In this document: piece by piece, positions 35,191 to 42,761 of the stretch
Numbering within the stretch: the first letter of the stretch is position 1
How the letters are laid out: each line of letters begins with the position of its first letter
Origin: Bacilli bacterium
GTDB lineage: Bacteria; Bacillota_I; Bacilli_A; RFN20; CAG-826
Reading direction: 5' to 3'
Length of the DNA stretch: 64,000 nt
Assembly (NCBI GenBank): GCA_045222195.1
Contig: JBGUXN010000029.1
Location: forward strand, 742-64,741
Translations under genes and position numbers: made by a program
Notes under the pieces: generated by a model
Database searches by the model: none
What the model was told of the DNA's origin: nothing
The model's input: the letters and a program-made list of their open reading frames with translations, nothing else

Positions 35191-37767
35191 CTATTTCTTG
35201 AATACCGATACGGACCATTTTACCGCACCGATATCGCCGCCAGCATTACTTGGCGCACCACCCATGGTTTTGACATTAGAGTAGCCAGAACCTGGATTCA
35301 TTAAATAACTACCAGTACCAATACCAACGTTAATGTAAATCTTAAGCGATTCATTGTTACTGCCGTAGACATCTAAGACTAAGACTGTGCCACCACTGGA
35401 ATTATCAAAGTTGAGCTTAGCGCCCTTTGGATAAAGTTTCTTAATTGCGATTAAGTCTTTATACCAGTTATACATGGAGTTAGGGTCAGCTTTTTGAGTT
35501 TCAGCGTCTGCTAAGGTCTTATTGTAGCTATCTAATTCAAATTTATAAGCACCAGACTTATAGTCTGCTCTAATTGATGTATCTTTCCATAAGAATGGTT
35601 GACGATACCAGATATCTTCGCAGTTTTCTGAGCCATACATACTAACGTGTTGATCAGTATTAGAGGACATACCGAGTTCATCACCATAATAGATCCAAGA
35701 GACACCTGGATTTAATAAAGTGACAGCAGCATGAATCTTGGCTTTATTCACTTGATCACCTTGGCCAGTGACTTTGTTTAAAGCGGTTGTGCCCGCTAAG
35801 GTACCACTACCATTGACTTGGTTAATAGCACGCATAACGTCATGGTTGGAAGTGAAGGCACCATCGATGAAGTCTGGTCTAGAACCACCCATAATGCTAT
35901 ATGGATTCTTACCATCATCGACCAAGACGTTATTGCTTGTGGAGAATGTATCAAATGTTTCTGCTGCTTGCTTTGTAGCGAAGTGAGCAGGTGTACCGCC
36001 ATCTGTATATAAGAAGGCAGGAATATGATAGTAAGTTGAGAAACTGAACTGTGAATCAAGAGCTTGATAGTAAGAAGCAGTACGTGTGCCCCAACCATCG
36101 AAGTTTTCACCCACTAAGAAGCAATTTGGATAATCGGCTTTGACACCATGAGCGAATTCTTTCCACCACATGATGTTCTTTGTTAAGTTAGAGGAATAGT
36201 CAAAGCCTTTAGTAACATAGATACCCTTTTCATCATCGTAGGACTCTTTACTACCAACGTCTTGAACGATAATATCGCCGTTTTGATAGCATTCATCTCT
36301 CATGAAGATGTGCTTGACTGCGTCAAGACGGAAGCCATCTAAACCAAAGCTCATCCAGTATTTAGCCATATCGATGACTAATTTTCTTGTTGAAGCGTTG
36401 AGATAATTAATTTCAGGCATACCACTACCGAATTTACCGTAGTAATAGTAATGAGATTCACCATCTCTATACCATGATGGGTTAGAGCTTTCAGCATCTT
36501 CTTTAACGGTGATCTTTTTATAACTGTTTGTGGATGGATCATATTTTTCAATGATGTCACTTTCAAACTTCCAGTTATAAATATCTCTCCAGTTAATGTC
36601 TGTATCTTGTTTAGCCCATTGAGAATTGGAGAACCAAACATTACCTTTGGATGTATGGTTAAGGACTAAGTCCATGAGGACTTTCATGCCACTTTCGTGG
36701 GCTTTGTATAATAATTCACGATAATCATCGACAGTACCAAATCTCTTATCTACTGCGTAGTAATCGGAAATATCATAACCGTGATAAGAATCGGATTTTT
36801 GGATTGGTGTTAACCATAAGACTTGGACACCTAAATCCGCTAAATATGGTAAAGCATCAATGATACCTCTAATATCACCAATACCATCGCCGTTACTATC
36901 TCTAAAGGAAGCGACAAAGATTTGATAGCCAGCACCTAATGATTTAAATGAATCAGAAGTAGAACTAACGCCTAAGGCATTGGAATATTGCGCATCGACA
37001 TCACTTCTATAATTACCAGTGGTATCTTCATCAATTGGATTGGTTTTGGCTTGTGGGACACCACTACCAGCGTAATAGGCATAGTCATATAAAGCACCAG
37101 TAGAAACGAAGACGTGGATGGCTTTACCACCGGTCACATCTCTCCAGTTCTTGGCTTCACTAATATCATCTAAGTATGTTTCTCTACCACCATCGGAAAC
37201 CCAGTTAGTAGCACCGCTCATTGAGCTTTGTTGTGGAAGTAAGAAACCGATTTCTTCCATACCTTCAAATGTGGTTGGAGTACCGGTTTTACCACCCTTT
37301 AAATTAGCAGCATATAAGTCAACATCAGCGATTGCGCCATAATCATCAACATACGTTGAGGTGCCTTCTTTACCAACTTCCGCAGCGGTCATCCAGTGAT
37401 TGCTCATTGGAGAAAGAGTTAATTTATCGCTAACTTTTGGATTAGCAGAGAATGCCCATAGGGAACCTTCTAAATCTTGTGGGGAATGTTGCCATAACCA
37501 AAGGCAGTAGTTTTCATAACCGCCTTTATCACCTCTATTGTAATGGAAATATAAGTGATTTGGTTGGCTCCAGGAATTTAACCAGGCATCATATTCATCA
37601 ACATCATCAACTGGTGTAATGCTTGATTCACCTTGACCCTGAGAATCACTAGTTTGGCTTGTATCACCACTTGGGGCACCGCTTTTTTCACTAGTGCTAC
37701 CATTGTGCATAACACAGCCCGTCACTAAGAGGGGCAACAAAAGGAAAATGACTGTTCTTTTTTTCAT
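35191..37767 (-). CDS. GH13 alpha-amylase-family enzyme, lipoprotein, with an N-terminal CBM41/PUD-like module
   Basis: ATG 37767 (MKKRTVIFLLLPLLVTG-C). N-terminal HLYFHYNRGDKGGYENYCLWLWQ. GH13 regions: GDGIGDIRG, I VLMDLVLNHTS, II GLDGFRLDAVKHI, III FLVGENFD, IV FTSNHDV. Confidence 0.9.
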   Translation of the reverse strand: MKKRTVIFLLLPLLVTGCVMHNGSTSEKSGAPSGDTSQTSDSQGQGESSITPVDDVDEYDAWLNSWSQPNHLYFHYNRGDKGGYENYCLWLWQHSPQDLEGSLWAFSANPKVSDKLTLSPMSNHWMTAAEVGKEGTSTYVDDYGAIADVDLYAANLKGGKTGTPTTFEGMEEIGFLLPQQSSMSGATNWVSDGGRETYLDDISEAKNWRDVTGGKAIHVFVSTGALYDYAYYAGSGVPQAKTNPIDEDTTGNYRSDVDAQYSNALGVSSTSDSFKSLGAGYQIFVASFRDSNGDGIGDIRGIIDALPYLADLGVQVLWLTPIQKSDSYHGYDISDYYAVDKRFGTVDDYRELLYKAHESGMKVLMDLVLNHTSKGNVWFSNSQWAKQDTDINWRDIYNWKFESDIIEKYDPSTNSYKKITVKEDAESSNPSWYRDGESHYYYYGKFGSGMPEINYLNASTRKLVIDMAKYWMSFGLDGFRLDAVKHIFMRDECYQNGDIIVQDVGSKESYDDEKGIYVTKGFDYSSNLTKNIMWWKEFAHGVKADYPNCFLVGENFDGWGTRTASYYQALDSQFSFSTYYHIPAFLYTDGGTPAHFATKQAAETFDTFSTSNNVLVDDGKNPYSIMGGSRPDFIDGAFTSNHDVMRAINQVNGSGTLAGTTALNKVTGQGDQVNKAKIHAAVTLLNPGVSWIYYGDELGMSSNTDQHVSMYGSENCEDIWYRQPFLWKDTSIRADYKSGAYKFELDSYNKTLADAETQKADPNSMYNWYKDLIAIKKLYPKGAKLNFDNSSGGTVLVLDVYGSNNESLKIYINVGIGTGSYLMNPGSGYSNVKTMGGAPSNAGGDIGAVKWSVSVFKK

Positions 37768-37872
37768 ATCAAAAACTTCCTTTATCTGTATAGATTCATT
37801 ATACAACCAAATAGAAAAGATTTAATAATAATCTTAATTATTACTAAAAACTAACGATTTATTTAATTATGA

Positions 37873-39900
37873 CTACGCTTGTGCAACGTATCCGTCAATA
37901 AAGATTTCTCTAATGTGTTCTAATGTATGTTCTGAGATGCCAAAAGACATCAAATGATTCTTCATCTTATCAGCGAAATTATCACCGCTTAAAGCTTCTG
38001 TTTTAGAGATCCACTGTGGAAATTCAGCATCGTTTTCAGTCAGTTTAACAGTTCTACCTTGTGTGAACTGTGTCCAGACATAGTCTCTAGTCATATCTTG
38101 AATGCTAACACCCAATAAGGATTCTAAGAAGAATGAAGCAATGCCAGTACGGTCCGCACCATAGGTACAGTGTAATAAGGCTGGGTTAATATCACAGTTT
38201 GCGATTGTATTAAAAATAGTCACATATTGATTAGCAATATTTGTGCCACTATAAGTGCCACCTTCCCAGCGTACTGGTTCTGAGCCAGAAGGAATTGAGG
38301 CTTTAACTAAAGTTACTGGCCATGCAGCAGTATTAGCAGGAGATTGACTTGGCACATTAGCGCTATCTCTTAAATCGATATCAACTTTAATACCTAATTC
38401 TTTAATCGCGGCTAAACCTTTGCCCTCGTTATCAAGTTCGCTTCTTGTAGAAGAATAACCGGATTGATTTAATTGAGCGCATCTAAAGTAGAGGCCTTGT
38501 TTAATCTTTTGACCAGGCACTAAATATGTATTCCAACCACCGATATCACGGAAGTTTAAAACGTTAGGAACTTTAACAACACGTGGCGCTAAAGAAGTAG
38601 ATGTAGATGTTCTAATTTCAGCGGAAGCTAAACCATCTTCACTAGTTGCGGCACGATAGTAATATGTAGTGTTTAATTTAGCGTTCCATAATTCGTAGTA
38701 TGTGACGGTGGCTGTATTAATTGGAGCACTATTAAGAGCGCTTTCACTTTCTGCTACTTGAACGTAATATGTACCTCTACCAGCAAGGTCATCAAATCTC
38801 AATTTCATGGCTGAAGGAGCGGATAAATCGCTACCATCTGCATATGTTTTATAGTTTTCAATGTGATTATCATGGAGGAATTGATATTGATTTAAGTTAT
38901 GGAAATCATTATCAGGTACTTCATTCACACTTAATGGATCAACTGGATTCCATGTGGCTAAGTTACTTGACCAATTATCTTGCCAGGAACTCCAAGAGTT
39001 CATGCATAAAAGTGTGGAATCTTTAGAATAGTTTGTGCCATCTGCCCAAGAAGAACCTGAGAATGAGAAATCAGCGGATTGATTGCCCCACGTAAATGCA
39101 GATGCAGTAGATGAATATCTAGAGAATTTGAAATTGTTATAGTCCGCTGGGATATAGGTATATAAGGCATCGCTAGAAGAAACACCCATATGAATGGAGG
39201 TATTGTTATCTCCTTGCCAAGCATAAATACCAAAACTACTACCAGTACCATCCCAGTCAGCAGCCCAATAGCTATTTGGTTTGAAACCAATCTTTCTTTG
39301 AACAATAGCAGCGCCTTCATTTTCAATGAATTTATAAATACCCGAAGCGGTATGAAGGCTTCTAGAATCATTCCAAGAAGCACTGACATCTAAGACACCA
39401 TCAAGGCCTAAATAACGATAACCAATCAAAGTTTGTCCGATAGTATTTGTTTCTAAAACAACATCAGTATTTACTTCGTAATAGTTGGAATTAACATAGA
39501 CTTTTTTAGATGATGATTTAAAGATTGGATAGTATGTGGCGTCACTAGAAATGGTTAATTCCGCTAACTGCTCGTTTGTATAGTCAATCGCATAGCTTTC
39601 TGATGTCGGAGCGGAAGTTTTCCAACCTTGGAAATCATAGCCCTCCAAACTTAATGCAGGAATATCACCCGAATCAATAGACTCACCATTATCTACTTGA
39701 ACCACAACAGGTGTTTGCCAGCCACTATCGTATTCGGTATAGAATGTGACATTATTTCTTAATGGACTGACACGAATTTGAACGCCAAAAGAATTAGCGT
39801 TATCAGTAACACCGTACGCAGCAAATACACTACCTGCTGATAAACCAGCGGCTAGTAAAGCAACAAGGCTGAAAATAACGACTTTGCTACGCTTGCTCAT
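37873..39900 (-). CDS. Exported multidomain protein: SipW-cognate-type signal peptide, Flg_new repeat, CBM25/26-like module, Fn3-like module, C-terminal CX5R phosphatase (Y_phosphatase3 type)
   Basis: The track ORF starts at 39975. I prefer ATG 39900 (RBS AGAGGAGA, 14-nt overlap with the sipW-like gene). N-terminus MSKRSKVVIFSLVALLAAGLSAGSVFAAYGVTDNANSF. Other motifs: GYDFQGW...YYPIF and FGIYAWQGDNN...YNNFKFSR. Phosphatase motifs: NFRDIGGW, GLYFRC, IDLRD, and the P-loop LLHCTYGADRTG (38149-38172). Confidence 0.8.
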   Translation of the reverse strand: MSKRSKVVIFSLVALLAAGLSAGSVFAAYGVTDNANSFGVQIRVSPLRNNVTFYTEYDSGWQTPVVVQVDNGESIDSGDIPALSLEGYDFQGWKTSAPTSESYAIDYTNEQLAELTISSDATYYPIFKSSSKKVYVNSNYYEVNTDVVLETNTIGQTLIGYRYLGLDGVLDVSASWNDSRSLHTASGIYKFIENEGAAIVQRKIGFKPNSYWAADWDGTGSSFGIYAWQGDNNTSIHMGVSSSDALYTYIPADYNNFKFSRYSSTASAFTWGNQSADFSFSGSSWADGTNYSKDSTLLCMNSWSSWQDNWSSNLATWNPVDPLSVNEVPDNDFHNLNQYQFLHDNHIENYKTYADGSDLSAPSAMKLRFDDLAGRGTYYVQVAESESALNSAPINTATVTYYELWNAKLNTTYYYRAATSEDGLASAEIRTSTSTSLAPRVVKVPNVLNFRDIGGWNTYLVPGQKIKQGLYFRCAQLNQSGYSSTRSELDNEGKGLAAIKELGIKVDIDLRDSANVPSQSPANTAAWPVTLVKASIPSGSEPVRWEGGTYSGTNIANQYVTIFNTIANCDINPALLHCTYGADRTGIASFFLESLLGVSIQDMTRDYVWTQFTQGRTVKLTENDAEFPQWISKTEALSGDNFADKMKNHLMSFGISEHTLEHIREIFIDGYVAQA
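39787..39900 (-). other. SipW-cognate (TasA/camelysin-type) signal peptide
   Basis: MSKRSKVVIFSLVALLAAGLSAGSVFAAYGVTDNANSF. The G-x-x-F-A-A-Y-x-V-T-D core resembles the GGT(F/W)A-x-F-x-D core of Bacillus TasA/TapA/CalY signals. Confidence 0.6.
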
Positions 39901-40933
39901 TATTCGTTGTCTCCTCTTGCTTTGGTTCTTCTGGCTTTTCTTCTGGTTGTTCTGGGTCTTTTTTCTTTTTATCAAATAAGAGCCAATAAGCTACTGGAAT
40001 TAGGCATAAGCCTAAAATCATAATTGTACCCCATGGTGAAGATAAGAAACGGATTGGATAACCAAGTTTAGGAACTACATTTACAACTTTGGCTTTTAAG
40101 TCTTTTCTTTGATACCAACCATCGTCGGTATTAGCTTTATCACCACGAATCAAATATCTTTCATCGATATTGAACATGTATTTGTTATCTTCGTCAGCTT
40201 GTTTAACAATATCGTTATTAACTAAGATCTCGTTTTTACCACCACTGAGTTTGACATATTCAAAATAGGTGTTGTATTCGTAATTCTTTTTAGTAATGGA
40301 GAACTTGGCGGGGCTCATTGATTCCCTATGATATGTAATAACGTTTTTATAGTACCCGTTAGCTTCTTTTGAACTAGAAATAGTTGGTTCAATAGATGCA
40401 CTAGCGACGTTGAAGTAATATTCATCCACATCAAATTCATTTTGGGTATAGGCAACGATTTCTACATCGGTGAAAATGTAAGAATTTTCTAAATAGACTT
40501 GAGAAGATGGAGAAACAAACTTAAATGTTGTAACATCACCAATCTTTTCTTCTTGTAAATCAGTTAAATCAAATGTATCGCCACGACGATCAATGTCGAC
40601 GATACGGTGCATATCGGTGCCGATACTTGGATTATCAAAGATAACAACGTCTAAAACATTCAATTTTGTTTTATCAGTGATTCTTTTTGATACCACAAAA
40701 TCAAATGCTTGTATTTGCTTAGTGTCTTTTAAGAATTCTTCGTACTTTTCATTCTTCTTTGACATCGAATCAGTCAAAACGACATCATAACGAGTGTTGA
40801 AGACATAGAAAGGTGTTTTAGTAAACTTATAAATAAGTTCAACGGCAACGAAAACAAATAATCCGCCGACTAAAACATAACCAATAATTCTACCGACCTT
40901 TTTAGCGCGTTTACCGGCTTTTTCTTTTTTCAT
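39887..40933 (-). CDS. sipW: Signal peptidase I, ER/archaeal (SipW) type, with a large insertion between the His box and the GD box
   Basis: 348 aa. N-terminal TM IIGYVLVGGLFVFVAVELI. Boxes in order: VVLTDS56MSK, LDVVIFDN, DMH109RIVDI, RGD265KANTDDGW, VVPKLGYPIRFLSSPWG. A C-terminal TM TIMILGLCLIPVAYWLLF is followed by a K/E/P-rich tail. Confidence 0.8.
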   Translation of the reverse strand: MKKEKAGKRAKKVGRIIGYVLVGGLFVFVAVELIYKFTKTPFYVFNTRYDVVLTDSMSKKNEKYEEFLKDTKQIQAFDFVVSKRITDKTKLNVLDVVIFDNPSIGTDMHRIVDIDRRGDTFDLTDLQEEKIGDVTTFKFVSPSSQVYLENSYIFTDVEIVAYTQNEFDVDEYYFNVASASIEPTISSSKEANGYYKNVITYHRESMSPAKFSITKKNYEYNTYFEYVKLSGGKNEILVNNDIVKQADEDNKYMFNIDERYLIRGDKANTDDGWYQRKDLKAKVVNVVPKLGYPIRFLSSPWGTIMILGLCLIPVAYWLLFDKKKKDPEQPEEKPEEPKQEETTNNEQA

Positions 40934-40945
40934 AACTAAGGGAAA

Positions 40946-40969
40946 GAGGGGCAGGAGACCCTACCCCTC
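40946..40969 (-). promoter_or_regulatory. GC-rich 10-bp hairpin between the 386-aa gene and the sipW-like gene (possible attenuator or mRNA-stability element)
   Basis: Minus strand GAGGGGTAGG-gtct-CCTGCCCCTC followed by TTTCCCTT. It sits 17 nt after the upstream stop and 12 nt before the sipW ATG, which has no SD. Confidence 0.5.
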
Positions 40970-40986
40970 ATATTTAAATAAACTAA

Positions 40987-42147
40987 TTAAGCGTGGGCTT
41001 TGCAGAAAATATGGATGCCGTTATTGAGTGTTGGGTTGAAGAAGAAATCGTAGTGATTTGCTTCACCGATAACAATGTTCGCGCAACCATTTTCGTGACT
41101 GCTTTCACCATACCAAACGTTGTCTGTGCTAACGACTTTAAGTTCTGTGCCAGCAGCAATTTCAACGTTTTCAATCTTGAATGTGTAATCGAAATCGTTT
41201 TCTTCGTCACCATTTCTATCGAGACTACCTTCGGAGGCAACGAGTTTATTGGCTTCGACCATCATCCATTCGTTGAATGTACCAACGAGATAGAAGTCAA
41301 CTTCTGCATCGAGATCTGGAGCAGCCACCCATGCATCATGGTAGTATGGGTTGCTTGGATCAATTGTTAAGTCTGTTGTTTGAGAACCATTGTTGTTGGA
41401 GAAAATGATCATATCGAAGTTAACGTCTAAAGCGATGGAATAGATGTCATCTTTGACTTGTGTCATTTCAGCACCTGGGAATTCGGCGTTGCTAGCCATT
41501 GTGGAAGAATTCCAAGCATAGGCATAAACGTGAGACCAGCTCATTTTGTTCCAGAAATAATAAGTTCTTGAAGTAACTTCTTCAATACCTGAACCCTTAT
41601 TCCAGTCAACTGTTAATGTAACAACGTCGTTCTTAATCTGGTTATAGACTGCTGGATTTAAAGTGCCGTCTAACGCGACATAGAAATAAACCATTTTTTC
41701 TACACCACTGTTAACAACGATGTCTTTTGCCACTGTGTAATTAGCAGAACCATCTGGGACTGTTAATAATGGATCACCTGTTTTTGTGTTGTTGTCATAA
41801 ACATTAACAGATAAGTAGTTGATAAGTTTTTCTTCACCTGTGGCAGTTGTTTCAAGCTTAACAAGTAAGCTACCTGTGAAAGCAGAAGCATCAGATGTTG
41901 TGGCTCTTAAACCAAGGGCATATGGGCCTTTTTCTTCACCAACTGATAAGCTTTCAATGTTGATTAAGCCTTTTGTACCCCAATCGAGAGTAACGGACTT
42001 ATCATCGCCAATTTCAACTGCTTCTGGAGTAATTGTCACGGAGAATGGATCAGCATTATCTGTGACAGCCCAAGCTGCGAATGTTCCACCGACGAGTAAA
42101 GCGGCTGCGACGACGGAACCTAAGAAAAATAGAGATTTTCCTTTCAT
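40987..42147 (-). CDS. Exported protein: SipW-cognate-type signal peptide, about 160-aa possible TasA/camelysin-like domain, CBM25/26-like starch-binding module, second CBM20/48-like module
   Basis: 386 aa with RBS AGGAAGGT. N-terminus MKGKSLFFLGSVVAAALLVGGTFAAWAVTDNADPF. aa 193-275: YYFWNKMSWSHVYAYAWNS...EFPGAEMT...DMIIFSNNNGSQTTDL. aa 283-386: FYLVGTFNEW...AGTELKVVSTDNVWYG. Confidence 0.75.
   Translation of the reverse strand: MKGKSLFFLGSVVAAALLVGGTFAAWAVTDNADPFSVTITPEAVEIGDDKSVTLDWGTKGLINIESLSVGEEKGPYALGLRATTSDASAFTGSLLVKLETTATGEEKLINYLSVNVYDNNTKTGDPLLTVPDGSANYTVAKDIVVNSGVEKMVYFYVALDGTLNPAVYNQIKNDVVTLTVDWNKGSGIEEVTSRTYYFWNKMSWSHVYAYAWNSSTMASNAEFPGAEMTQVKDDIYSIALDVNFDMIIFSNNNGSQTTDLTIDPSNPYYHDAWVAAPDLDAEVDFYLVGTFNEWMMVEANKLVASEGSLDRNGDEENDFDYTFKIENVEIAAGTELKVVSTDNVWYGESSHENGCANIVIGEANHYDFFFNPTLNNGIHIFCKAHA
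42043..42147 (-). other. SipW-cognate (TasA/camelysin-type) signal peptide
   Basis: MKGKSLFFLGSVVAAALLVGGTFAAWAVTDNADPF. Confidence 0.6.
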
Positions 42148-42296
42148 AGTTTTACCTTCCTTTTTAAAGAAAATTACCTAGTACACAAAAGAATGTAGTT
42201 ATTACTAAACTTCAGTGTATCTAGAGGATATTTAGCAATATCCATTTGCAATATAATTATATATTGTTTTATAAAACGTTAATAAATATTTTAGTA

Positions 42297-42326
42297 AATT
42301 TAAAAAGACTGCCATTTGACAGTCTT
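42297..42326 (-). terminator. Terminator ending the pullulanase/ABC operon
   Basis: Minus strand AAGACTG-tcaaatgg-CAGTCTT followed by TTTAAATTT. Confidence 0.55.
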
Positions 42327-42347
42327 TATAAGTGATGAATGTCAGGA

Positions 42348-42752
42348 TTAGCCTTTCACTACTTCTTCGTCTTCTTTTTCTTTAGCTTTCTCGGCGTGTT
42401 TTAAGATTAAACCAAACGCGACGAGAGTGGCCATACTTAAGACGTAAGCCGGAATAGCTGTCCCCTTGTATTTAGCGGAGTTCGCATCTGTTTCGTTAAT
42501 GAAATAGGTGAGAACTTCATCCCAATACACCGCTGCGTCATGATATTTGCTTGATTCATCAGTTAAAGCGTTCTCATCGGCTTTAATGAGTTCGGTGTAT
42601 TTGTTATCCGCCATTAGTTGGTTAGAGATGGAGGCTTGGTATTTAGCTTTTTCAAATTGAGAAATAGTAAATAGACCCAAAGCTAAAACAGCACAGCCAC
42701 CTAATATGGCGGTATAAGCCATTAATCTTTTAGTCTTTTTCTGTAATGCCAT
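42348..42752 (-). CDS. Small 2-TM membrane protein, function unknown, last gene of the ABC operon
   Basis: 134 aa with RBS AAGGAGGT. TM helices are at aa 12-32 and 103-123, with a helical external loop between them. Confidence 0.6.
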   Translation of the reverse strand: MALQKKTKRLMAYTAILGGCAVLALGLFTISQFEKAKYQASISNQLMADNKYTELIKADENALTDESSKYHDAAVYWDEVLTYFINETDANSAKYKGTAIPAYVLSMATLVAFGLILKHAEKAKEKEDEEVVKG

Positions 42753-42761
42753 GTTACCTCC

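Noticed and set aside
37768-37806. N-terminal extensions offered by the ORF track: 37768-37806, 39901-39975, 9584-9613, 23851-23883, 33239-33247, 35179-35184 and 44837-44857
   Set aside because: In each case an internal ATG has a proper RBS at 6-10 nt and begins a canonical signal peptide or lipobox or a conserved N-terminus (xylA). The upstream starts are GTG, TTG or ATG codons without an RBS, or they overlap the preceding gene extensively.
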